Below are positions 8,369 through 15,150 of a stretch of 64,000 nucleotides of DNA, in pieces. The stretch is from Planctomycetaceae bacterium (GTDB lineage Bacteria; Planctomycetota; Planctomycetia; Pirellulales; Lacipirellulaceae). The stretch covers positions 1 to 64,000 of the forward strand of contig PABB01000072.1 in assembly GCA_002702655.1 (NCBI GenBank), read 5' to 3'. Position 1 is the stretch's first letter. Every line of letters begins with the position of its first letter. The notes under the pieces were generated by a model, which was not told the origin of the DNA, searched no databases, and saw only the letters and a program-made list of their open reading frames with translations. The position numbers and the translations under genes were made by a program.

Positions 8369-8439
8369 GGCCCGTTGGTCTAGCGGCAGGATGCGAGACC
8401 CTCAATCTCGCGGCGCGGGTTCGATTCCCGTACGGGCTA
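8369..8439 (+). tRNA. tRNA-Glu(CTC) with C33
   Basis: Acceptor GGCCCGT/ACGGGCT, anticodon stem CGAGA/TCTCG with loop CCCTCAA, T arm GCGGG-TTCGATT-CCCGT. Confidence 0.5.
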
Positions 8440-8446
8440 CTGATGC

Positions 8447-8549
8447 AGCCAAGTGGTGGAATAGGCGGGCACCAACCGTAGGTTGGTCGGCGCGACACTC
8501 AGAATGTCGTGCCACTTGTGGCGTGGGAGTTCGACTCTCCCCTTGGCTA
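8447..8549 (+). tRNA. tRNA-Leu(CAG), class II, with a 17-nt hairpin inserted in the D region
   Basis: Perfect acceptor AGCCAAG/CTTGGCT, anticodon arm CGACA-CTCAGAA-TGTCG, variable arm TGCCACTTGTGGCGT, T arm GGGAG-TTCGACT-CTCCC. An extra hairpin ACCAA-CCGTAGG-TTGGT sits between the D region and the anticodon stem. Confidence 0.45.
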
Positions 8550-8558
8550 CTGATTGAT

Positions 8559-8625
8559 GCGGGTGAGCCAGGCTCAGCCGGGCCTCATAAGCCCGGACCG
8601 TCGGGTGCGACTCCCGGACCCGCTA
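8559..8625 (+). pseudogene. degenerate tRNA-Met(CAT)-like
   Basis: Anticodon arm CCGGGC-CTCATAA-GCCCGG. T-loop TGCGACT, with G in place of the conserved U55. No room for a D arm. Confidence 0.3.
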
Positions 8626-8628
8626 CTA

Positions 8629-8677
8629 GCAACTGAGGCCGCCGAGCGATAGCGAGGATGAAGGCCGAAGGCGGTAG
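8629..8677 (+). repeat. 49-nt repeat family copy R2
   Basis: GCAACTGAGGCCGCCGAGCGATAGCGAGGATGAAGGCCGAAGGCGGTAG, 45/49 identical to R1. Confidence 0.6.
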
Positions 8678-8710
8678 CTCACCAAGAACTGCCGCGCAGC
8701 GACGATTGAT

Positions 8711-8786
8711 GACTGGGTACGCAAACTGGAAAAGCGACCAGGTCGAGAGCCTGGTGATTCTGTGGGTTCGACTCCCACCCTAGTCA
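8711..8786 (+). tRNA. tRNA-like with Leu anticodon GAG, class-I-like, paralogue of 8168-8244
   Basis: Acceptor GACTGGG/CCTAGTC, 3-bp D stem CGC/GCG with an 11-nt loop, anticodon stem CCAGG/CCTGG with loop TCGAGAG (C33), 7-nt variable loop, T arm GTGGG-TTCGACT-CCCAC. Confidence 0.4.
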
Positions 8787-8798
8787 CTTCGTGACAAA

Positions 8799-8847
8799 CT
8801 ACCGCCCTGCGCATACATGCCTTTTGGGCATGTATGCTCGGTTGCTC
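8799..8847 (+). ncRNA. conserved-flank hairpin element, copy B
   Basis: Same flanks as copy A. Perfect 11-bp hairpin GCATACATGCC-TTTTG-GGCATGTATGC. Confidence 0.4.
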
Positions 8848-8852
8848 TGAAT

Positions 8853-8925
8853 GATCCCGTGGTCCAACGGCAACGACGCCTGGGTGACAACCAGGAGAGC
8901 GATGGTTCGACTCCATCCGGGATCA
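8853..8925 (+). tRNA. tRNA-Val(GAC)
   Basis: Perfect acceptor GATCCCG/CGGGATC, anticodon stem CCTGG/CCAGG with loop GTGACAA, T arm GATGG-TTCGACT-CCATC. Confidence 0.6.
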
Positions 8926-8929
8926 CTTT

Positions 8930-9055
8930 GGTCTGTAAGTGTTGCGGCCGCACAAGCAAGGGCCGCCGCCGAGCAGTGCGCAGGAAGGAGGCTGGCCCGC
9001 GGTAGCAGAAAACACATAAGGACGAGGGCCGGGTTCAATTCCCGGACACGGACCT
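8930..9055 (+). other. 126-nt tRNA-like element with acceptor and T arm but a roughly 50-nt internal insertion (repeat copy R3)
   Basis: Acceptor GGTCTGT/ACGGACC pairs and T arm CCGGG-TTCAATT-CCCGG is intact. The interior carries the palindrome TTGCGGCCGCAA and an R-family repeat at 8955-9004. Confidence 0.3.
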
Positions 9056-9119
9056 TCAACCGAGCACGCTTGCCCAGAAGGCAAGCGAGCGCAGGGCGAA
9101 AGCAACTGACGAAAATCGC

Positions 9120-9192
9120 GGGCTGGCATGTTCCAAGGGGGCGACTGACTCTTGCAAGGTCGGTGCGAAGGGTTCGATTCCCTTCCGGTCCA
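9120..9192 (+). tRNA. tRNA-Ala(TGC)-like
   Basis: Acceptor GGGCTGG/CCGGTCC with 2 GU pairs, anticodon stem TGACT/GGTCG with loop CTTGCAA, T arm AAGGG-TTCGATT-CCCTT. D stem poor. Confidence 0.4.
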
Positions 9193-9202
9193 CTCACGAC
9201 GA

Positions 9203-9273
9203 GGGCTCATGGTCCAACGGGACGACACCGGCTCGGCAGGTCGGAGATCTGGGTTCGATTCCCAGTGGGTCCA
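9203..9273 (+). tRNA. tRNA-Ala(GGC)-like with C33
   Basis: Acceptor GGGCTCA/TGGGTCC, anticodon stem CCGGC/GTCGG with loop TCGGCAG, T arm CTGGG-TTCGATT-CCCAG. Confidence 0.45.
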
Positions 9274-9277
9274 CTCA

Positions 9278-9568
9278 TCAATCAGGCCAGATGCCGGCGT
9301 CAACGGCGGCTTGGCGATTGTGACCGCAGTCGACTTTGGCGCCATCTATCAGGACTTCAGGATAGTCACCCCGTTCAACATACAGTTGAGTATTGCCATC
9401 AGTCTCAACCATAGCGAACCAAGGCCCTTGATCTGTGTCAGAAACCATCGTTGAAGCGACAAGTTTTTCCTTGGGAAGCATGGTGTAGTCTTCGCCCCAG
9501 GGCTCGATCCATACGATGTGAGGACGAGGACGATCGTTGTAGATCTCGATTGAGGAGACTCGCTGCAT
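9278..9568 (-). CDS. hypothetical small protein (low-GC cargo ORF inside the array)
   Basis: ORF sits in a roughly 50% GC stretch between tRNAs. Start chosen at MQRVSS. No clear SD. Confidence 0.2.
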   Translation of the reverse strand: MQRVSSIEIYNDRPRPHIVWIEPWGEDYTMLPKEKLVASTMVSDTDQGPWFAMVETDGNTQLYVERGDYPEVLIDGAKVDCGHNRQAAVDAGIWPD

Positions 9569-9589
9569 GGCACCAGGATAGCGACTTCG

Positions 9590-9700
9590 AAACACGGAAG
9601 GTAGCCGGATACGGCTCGCCGGGCCAGTTTGCTCGGGCCGTGCGACTCCACAAGGGTCATGTGGGATCAAATCGGGCACCGACGCGCAGCGTTGGTCTAC
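9590..9700 (+). pseudogene. degenerate tRNA-like remnants
   Basis: TGCGACTCC T-loop variant and ATCAAAT loop fragments without a complete cloverleaf. Confidence 0.2.
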
Positions 9701-9729
9701 CTTCCGCTCGCGTTGATCGAATACGACAC

Positions 9730-9801
9730 AGCTCGATGGTGAAACGGACATCATGTCTCGCTTCTAACGAGAGGTTCCAGGTTCGAATCCTGGTCGAGCT
9801 G
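9730..9801 (+). tRNA. tRNA-Arg(TCT)
   Basis: Perfect acceptor AGCTCGA/TCGAGCT, D stem GTGA/TCAT, anticodon stem TCTCG/CGAGA with loop CTTCTAA, T arm CCAGG-TTCGAAT-CCTGG. Confidence 0.65.
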
Positions 9802-9812
9802 CTGAAGAGTAA

Positions 9813-9897
9813 GGAAGGGCAACCCGATTGGCGACGGGACCCGGTTGGAAGCCGGTTGAGCTTCATGGCCTTGAGGGTTCGACTCCCTCTCCTTCCG
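9813..9897 (+). tRNA. tRNA-Ser(GGA), class II
   Basis: Acceptor GGAAGGG/TCCTTCC, anticodon stem CCGG/CCGG with loop TTGGAAG, roughly 15-nt variable arm, T arm GAGGG-TTCGACT-CCCTC. Confidence 0.5.
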
Positions 9898-10519
9898 CTG
9901 GTTTGGTACGACCCTTTCCTGAGCGACTGTGGAAAACACGGAATGGGACAGATGCTACCAAAGAAATCCCAACAGAGATTAACCATATCAATAGCCAGGT
10001 ATGCCACCCGGAGTCCAGGAATCGCCCCCAATAGTCGATAACGCCGTGCTCACGCGACCAGCTTGCATCAGCAATGATGAGCGATGCAGTCACACAACTT
10101 GCCGCCCAACAGCCCAGGAACAACCACCACCCGGACGCCAGAACGCAGATCGCTAGAGGAAGTAGCAAGTTCAAAAGGCAACCAACGACCCAGCCGCCAA
10201 ATCCAAAACCGCGTATGAAAGGGCCAGCCCAATATACGGCCGAGGTCGCAACCAGGAATGCAACTACCGTCGAAACCGACTTTCCAGTCTCCGTTCCTGC
10301 AAACAGCTTTCTCTTGAAACTAACCGATCGAGGATGACACAAGATAGCAATCGCGAGTGCCGGCACAAACCCGATTGCAGAAAACACTGCCGCGATCCAA
10401 GGCGCGTCAGCAACACCTCCCCGAATCCATGACATCGCCACTGAAGTAAACAACCCAAATGCCGCTGCGCACAAGACCGCTTCCGAAGGAGAAAACGACT
10501 TTTGGTTCGAGTTGGCCAT
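9863..10519 (-). CDS. hypothetical multi-pass membrane protein (low-GC cargo ORF)
   Basis: 5-6 predicted TM helices. Roughly 50% GC, against above 60% for the surroundings. The ATG at 10517-10519 is preferred over the upstream TTG. The 3-prime 35 nt overlap tRNA-Ser on the opposite strand. Confidence 0.35.
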   Translation of the reverse strand: MANSNQKSFSPSEAVLCAAAFGLFTSVAMSWIRGGVADAPWIAAVFSAIGFVPALAIAILCHPRSVSFKRKLFAGTETGKSVSTVVAFLVATSAVYWAGPFIRGFGFGGWVVGCLLNLLLPLAICVLASGWWLFLGCWAASCVTASLIIADASWSREHGVIDYWGRFLDSGWHTWLLIWLISVGISLVASVPFRVFHSRSGKGRTKPAEGEGVEPSRP

Positions 10520-10551
10520 GAATCGCAAGTTACCACACAAATGAAGTCTGT

Positions 10552-10617
10552 GGTGTACACGGTACGCACGCCTGCCTGTGAAGCAGGAGGTACGGGTTCG
10601 ATTCCCGTCGGATACCC
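10552..10617 (+). pseudogene. tRNA-His(GTG)-like, degenerate
   Basis: Anticodon arm CCTGC-CTGTGAA-GCAGG and T arm ACGGG-TTCGATT-CCCGT, but a truncated D arm and a poorly pairing acceptor. Confidence 0.35.
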
Positions 10618-10622
10618 CTTAT

Positions 10623-10692
10623 GCGAGTGTGCTCCTGGGAGAGCAGTCAGCCTCCAAAACTGACGAACAGGGTTCGAATCCTTGCGCTCGTG
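10623..10692 (+). tRNA. tRNA-Trp(CCA)
   Basis: Acceptor GCGAGTG/CGCTCGT with 2 GU pairs. Anticodon loop CTCCAAA is closed by GTCAG/CTGAC plus a C.A pair. T arm CAGGG-TTCGAAT-CCTTG. Confidence 0.5.
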
Positions 10693-10696
10693 CTTT

Positions 10697-10784
10697 GCCG
10701 ACGTGGCCGAATAGCTAGGCGCCGGTTTTGCCCCGTCCCTAGATAAAGCAGCGGTTGATGCTGGTGCGACTCCAGTCGTCGACC
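10697..10784 (+). pseudogene. class-II-like tRNA-like with G55 T-loop variant
   Basis: Acceptor GCCGACG/CGTCGAC pairs 6/7. T arm GCTGG-TGCGACT-CCAGT. Anticodon region ambiguous. Confidence 0.3.
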
Positions 10785-10788
10785 CTAC

Positions 10789-10852
10789 ATCTCGATGGTG
10801 TAACGGACCGCACGGGGCTCTCCAAGTCCTGGTTCGATTCCAGGTCGAGATG
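10789..10852 (+). pseudogene. truncated tRNA-like, 64 nt
   Basis: Perfect acceptor ATCTCGA/TCGAGAT, D arm and T arm intact, CTCCAAG loop, but the 3-prime half of the anticodon stem and the variable loop are missing. Confidence 0.3.
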
Positions 10853-10860
10853 CTGCGAAC

Positions 10861-10932
10861 AGCCCGTGAGTGTGCCGGATAGCATGTCAGCTTCCGAAGC
10901 TGTTGGACCAGGTTCGATTCCTGGACGGGCTA
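10861..10932 (+). tRNA. tRNA-Arg(CCG)
   Basis: Perfect acceptor AGCCCGT/ACGGGCT, anticodon stem CAGC/GCTG with loop TTCCGAA, T arm CCAGG-TTCGATT-CCTGG. Confidence 0.6.
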
Positions 10933-10936
10933 CTAC

Positions 10937-11009
10937 GCCTTGCGAGTGTGACGGACGAGCACGGCAGACTTCGAATCTGCAAGACGGGGTTCGATTCCCT
11001 GGCGAGGTA
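10937..11009 (+). tRNA. tRNA-Arg(TCG)
   Basis: Acceptor GCCTTGC/GCGAGGT, D stem GTGT/GCAC, perfect anticodon stem GCAGA/TCTGC with loop CTTCGAA, T arm CGGGG-TTCGATT-CCCTG. Confidence 0.65.
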
Positions 11010-11013
11010 CTTC

Positions 11014-11084
11014 AGCCTGTGAGTGTGTTGGATGCACGCGACCGTGCGAAGGTCGTAGGCCAGGTTCGATTCCTGGACGGGCTG
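11014..11084 (+). tRNA. tRNA-Arg(GCG)
   Basis: Acceptor AGCCTGT/ACGGGCT, D stem GTGT/GCAC, perfect anticodon stem CGACC/GGTCG with loop GTGCGAA, T arm CCAGG-TTCGATT-CCTGG. Confidence 0.6.
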
Positions 11085-11091
11085 CTAATTT

Positions 11092-11162
11092 GACGCTGGA
11101 GCCAGATGGCCAGGCAGCCGGCTGCAACCCGGCCAAAGTGGGTTCGACTCCCACCGGCGTCT
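11092..11162 (+). tRNA. tRNA-Cys(GCA)
   Basis: Acceptor GACGCTG/CGGCGTC, perfect anticodon stem GCCGG/CCGGC with loop CTGCAAC, T arm GTGGG-TTCGACT-CCCAC. Confidence 0.6.
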
Positions 11163-11274
11163 CTTTGTAAGCGAGGTTTTGAAAGCGCTGGGCCAGCGGC
11201 GCCCTCGGCCCCTTTCACCAGGTTGGCCGGGTGTGTTCCGTGGATGGATTGTTACGAAGGCGCGCGAGACCGCC

Positions 11275-11348
11275 ACAAGGTTAGCTCAGTTGGTTAGAGC
11301 ACCAGGCTGTTAACCTGGCTGTCACGGGTTCGACTCCCGTACCACACC
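11275..11348 (+). tRNA. tRNA-Asn(GTT) with canonical body but non-pairing acceptor stem
   Basis: Canonical D arm TAGCTCAGTTGGTTAGAGC, anticodon arm CCAGG-CTGTTAA-CCTGG and T arm ACGGG-TTCGACT-CCCGT. The 5-prime acceptor ACAAGGT pairs with the 3-prime ACCACAC over only 3 of 7 positions. The 9-bp direct repeat abuts its 5-prime end. Confidence 0.5.
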
Positions 11349-11807
11349 GCAGGCTGAAAACCTGCTCCCTACGTGAGGGACCGACGCGGAAGCGTCACCA
11401 TGAAGCCCGAGGGTAGCGGACGGTCGATTGGTCTGCCGCGCGTGAGTGCGAGGCTTTGGCCTAGGCAAGCTCGTAGCGGCAGCACAGACCGGCGCTATGC
11501 AGTGCGTGGATACCGCTTTCACGCACGCTGTGTCCGAAGGTTGTGGAAGCCAAGTGTCGCCCAACGAGCAATGCTCGTGACGGCCTCACCGGTGAAAGCA
11601 ACTGGGAGATACAGCGAACATGACCGCTCAAATTGCACTCCGCGCACGGATGTGTGACCAGGCGAACCAGTTCGCTGCCCGAGGGCCTTTTTCCGTGAAC
11701 CAAGTACAGGCAACCGTCGTCCTGCACTTCCTATACACACCGTTTCTGTATTCGGGGCGGGCAGCCGACCGCCAACCTATCTCGGCTGGAAAGGAGGTAC
11801 ATGCCTC

Positions 11808-12914
11808 ATGTTGTTTTTCAAGAAGGTGAAGATCAAGAGTTACGAGGTCGGCCTGTACTTCCGTGACGGCGAGTTCAAGCGATTGCTGACCACCGGTCGA
11901 CACTGGTTGTTCGATCCGCTGTGGAAGGTCCGCGTCGACGTCGTGTCGCAGCGTGATCCGTGGCTGGTCCACGACAAGCTGGACGTGATCGTCAAGAGCG
12001 GCGCCCTGACGGGTCTGGCCAAGGTCGTCGACCTCAAGGACCACGAGCGGGCGCTCGTGTGGATCGAGGGCCGCTTCAGCCATGTTCTGCCGCCGGGACT
12101 GTACGCCTACTGGACCGGCTTCAAGGACGTGCGGGTCGCGGTGATCAACGCCCGTGAAGTTCGGCTGCAGCATGCGGACTTCAAGGCGATCGTCCGTTCG
12201 CCGCACGCTGCGCAGGTGCTCGACATCTGCACGGTCGAGCGGAACCACGTGGGCGTTGCCTTCGTCGACGGCGAGTACGTCGAGACGCTCACCCCGGGCC
12301 AGTACGCCTGGTGGCGTGGCGTCGCCGACGCGAAGGTGGTCGAGGTCGACCTACGCGAGCAGGCCTTGGACGTGGCGGGTCAGGAAATCATGACCGCCGA
12401 TAAGGTCACGCTCCGCATGAACGCCTTGGTCAACTACCGCGTGACCGACGCTCGCAAGGCTGTGATGGTCAGCGACGGCGCGACGCAGTCGCTGTACCGC
12501 GAGGCTCAGCTGGCGTTGCGTGCCGTGGTTGGGATTCGCGACTTGGACTCGTTCCTGACGGACAAGGACGCCGTCGCCAGCGAGTTCGCGGAGCAGGTCA
12601 GCCGACGGGCGGGTGAGTTGGGTCTGGAAGTGGTTTCGGTAGGTGTCCGCGACGTCATCTTGCCGGGCGACATGAAGGACCTGATGAACAAGGTCACCGA
12701 GGCCAAGAAGGCCGCCGAGGCGAACCTGATCTCGCGACGCGAGGAGACGGCGGCCATGCGTAGCCAGGCGAACACCGCCAAGCTGCTCGCCGACAACCCG
12801 ACGCTGATGCGTCTCCGGGAACTGGAGGTCCTGGAGAAGGTCGCCACGAGCGGCAAGCTCAACGTCGTCTTGGGCGAGAAGGGCCTCGCCGATCGCGTGG
12901 TCAACCTGTTGTAG
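11808..12914 (+). CDS. SPFH/band 7 domain protein (stomatin/slipin-like)
   Basis: ATG at 11808 preceded by AAGGAGG. SPFH core with a C-terminal coiled coil. Followed by a strong terminator. Confidence 0.8.
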   Translation: MLFFKKVKIKSYEVGLYFRDGEFKRLLTTGRHWLFDPLWKVRVDVVSQRDPWLVHDKLDVIVKSGALTGLAKVVDLKDHERALVWIEGRFSHVLPPGLYAYWTGFKDVRVAVINAREVRLQHADFKAIVRSPHAAQVLDICTVERNHVGVAFVDGEYVETLTPGQYAWWRGVADAKVVEVDLREQALDVAGQEIMTADKVTLRMNALVNYRVTDARKAVMVSDGATQSLYREAQLALRAVVGIRDLDSFLTDKDAVASEFAEQVSRRAGELGLEVVSVGVRDVILPGDMKDLMNKVTEAKKAAEANLISRREETAAMRSQANTAKLLADNPTLMRLRELEVLEKVATSGKLNVVLGEKGLADRVVNLL

Positions 12915-12937
12915 CCAATCCCCTTGTTGATGCGGGA

Positions 12938-12972
12938 CCGGAGCCCGGGAGTGATCTCGGGCTCCGGTTTTC
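12938..12972 (+). terminator. Rho-independent terminator
   Basis: CCGGAGCCCGGGAGTGATCTCGGGCTCCGG followed by TTTT. Confidence 0.7.
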
Positions 12973-13147
12973 CGTGCGCGAACCTTCGTTGCCATGCCGT
13001 GTCATTCCCGCGGCACAACCGCAACCCCACCTTCAGCTATGAACACGTTCGAATCAAGCCAAACATCCTCGTCAACCTCGTCAGACGCTTCGGCGTCGGG
13101 CCGTAGGACAGCGCTTGCGTATGGCTGATTAATTTCAGAACGCTAGC

Positions 13148-13186
13148 AAAGCCCGCCCGGCTCACGAGCCTGGCGGGCTTTTTTCG
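13148..13186 (+). terminator. Rho-independent terminator-like hairpin
   Basis: AGCCCGCC...GGCGGGCT stem followed by TTTTTT. Confidence 0.55.
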
Positions 13187-13347
13187 TTTCTGGAGATGGG
13201 GAACGGCTTCGTTTGCCAACAACCCCTGTCGAGTTGCGACCGCTGCCCTGGCGCTGCATGGGCACAAAAAGGCCGTTGAGGCTGCTCACCTCTCCGGCTG
13301 GCCAGCGGTCGCGACGCAATTCCTTGTAGGAAAGGAGTGATAGAGCG

Positions 13348-14529
13348 ATGGTTCAAAAGATCCACGTCAACGTCGGCACGATCGGTCACATCGACCACGG
13401 GAAGACGACGCTTACCACCGCGAACTTGCGCGTGCAGTCCGGGCGCGGCCTGGCCGAGTATAAGTCCTACGCCGAGGTCGCCAAGGGCGGCGTCACCCGC
13501 GACAAGAACAAGACCGTCACGGTCATCACTTCGCACGTGCAGTACGAGACGGAGTCGCGCAGCTACGCGCACGTCGACTGCCCGGGCCACGCGGACTACA
13601 TCAAGAACATGATCACCGGCGCCGCCCAGATGGACGGGGCCGTGCTCTTGGTGTCGGCCGTGGACGGCCCGATGCCGCAGACGCGGGAGCATATCCTGCT
13701 GGCGCGGCAGGTCGGCGTGCCTCACCTGGTCGTCTTCATGAACAAGTGCGACCTGGTCGAGGACCCGGAGTTGCTCGACCTCGTGGAGCTGGAGATGCGC
13801 GAGATGCTCACGCACTACGGGTTCCCAGGAGAGGACGTTCCGTTCGTGCGGGGCTCCGCGCTCTTGGCGCACGACAACCCGGCGGACGCGGAGTCGAGTC
13901 GTTGCATCGGCGAGTTGCTGGACGCGCTCGACACGTACGTGCCTGCCCCCAAGCGGGCGGTCGACAAGCCGTTCCGGATGTCGATCGAGAACGTGTTCTC
14001 GATCGAGGGGCGGGGCACCGTTGTGACCGGCGTGGTCGATCAAGGCCGGATCGCTCCCGGCGACTCGGTCGACATCGTCGGCCTGGCGGACCAGCCGCGG
14101 ACGGTCGTGTGCACGCAGCTCAAGACGTTTCAGGACGTCTTGGAGTCCGCCGAGGCGGGCGACAACGTCGGTTGTTTGCTCCGTGGCGTCGGCCGCGATG
14201 AGGTCGAGCGCGGGCAGGTGATTGTCGCTCCCGGATCGCTCGCGCCGCACACACGGTTCGAGTCGGAGGTGTACGTGCTCGACCAAGGAGAGGGCGTCCG
14301 GCACACGCCGTTCATAAACGGTTACACGCCGCAGTTCTTCTTCCGCACGACGGACGTGACCGGAGAGGTGAGCCTGCTGGGAGGCGCCGAGGTCGCGATG
14401 CCGGGCGACGGCATCAAGCTCGGTGTCCGGCTGCAGAAGCCAATCGCCCTGGATGCTGGCTCGCGTTTCGCGATCCGCGAAGGGAACCGCACGGTTGGTT
14501 CCGGTGTCGTGACGTGTATTATTGAGTAG
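13348..14529 (+). CDS. tuf: elongation factor Tu paralogue with a divergent switch I
   Basis: 393 aa with G1 [24 protein letters not shown] and the EF-Tu C-terminal [10 protein letters not shown]. The switch I/effector region is [15 protein letters not shown] where canonical EF-Tu has [19 protein letters not shown] SD. Not in a str/S10 ribosomal context. Confidence 0.85.
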   Translation: MVQKIHVNVGTIGHIDHGKTTLTTANLRVQSGRGLAEYKSYAEVAKGGVTRDKNKTVTVITSHVQYETESRSYAHVDCPGHADYIKNMITGAAQMDGAVLLVSAVDGPMPQTREHILLARQVGVPHLVVFMNKCDLVEDPELLDLVELEMREMLTHYGFPGEDVPFVRGSALLAHDNPADAESSRCIGELLDALDTYVPAPKRAVDKPFRMSIENVFSIEGRGTVVTGVVDQGRIAPGDSVDIVGLADQPRTVVCTQLKTFQDVLESAEAGDNVGCLLRGVGRDEVERGQVIVAPGSLAPHTRFESEVYVLDQGEGVRHTPFINGYTPQFFFRTTDVTGEVSLLGGAEVAMPGDGIKLGVRLQKPIALDAGSRFAIREGNRTVGSGVVTCIIE

Positions 14530-14589
14530 CTTGAACGCCGGAGGCCGGGAGCTATCCCGGCCTCCGGCCTGTTTCAGTGGAGAGAGTTC

Positions 14590-15150
14590 ATGGCCAACGA
14601 GCGCATTTACCTCGCCCTCGGCGATAGTATGAGCATTGATGACTACACCGGCGTGAAGGGCGGCGGTGCGGTCAATCAGTTCTTTCGCTCCTTGGGCAGC
14701 GACTGGTCGCTCGACGACCGTACGTTTGACGGTTGTCAGATGGCCGGTGTCCCGAGAGACGGGGTCGGCGATATCGTCACGCTGACTATCGGCGGCAATG
14801 ACCTGTTGTGGAACAAAGAAGAGTACCTCCGTGAAGGAGTTGCCGACTTCGCGGCGGAGCATCTCGCCCTGCTGCGGGCGCTCCGGAAGCAGAACCCGAC
14901 CTCGCTGCTGATCGTGGGAGACATCTACGGCCCCGCAGCGCCCCTTACGGACGCCGAGGCGCATGGTCTGGCGCACGCGAATCAAGCGATCCACGAGAAC
15001 TGCCGCGAGGTGGGGGCCCGACTCGCCACGATTCACGAGGCATTCCAGGGCCGCGAAGATTCGCTGTTGTGTCTTGGAATCGAGCCGACTCTTAAAGGGG
15101 CTGAAGTGATTGCAGGGCTGTTTGCGGATGCAATGACACGCGAGCGGTAG
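14590..15150 (+). CDS. SGNH/GDSL hydrolase family protein
   Basis: GDSMS block I and GGNDL block III. GGAGAG SD. Confidence 0.75.
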   Translation: MANERIYLALGDSMSIDDYTGVKGGGAVNQFFRSLGSDWSLDDRTFDGCQMAGVPRDGVGDIVTLTIGGNDLLWNKEEYLREGVADFAAEHLALLRALRKQNPTSLLIVGDIYGPAAPLTDAEAHGLAHANQAIHENCREVGARLATIHEAFQGREDSLLCLGIEPTLKGAEVIAGLFADAMTRER

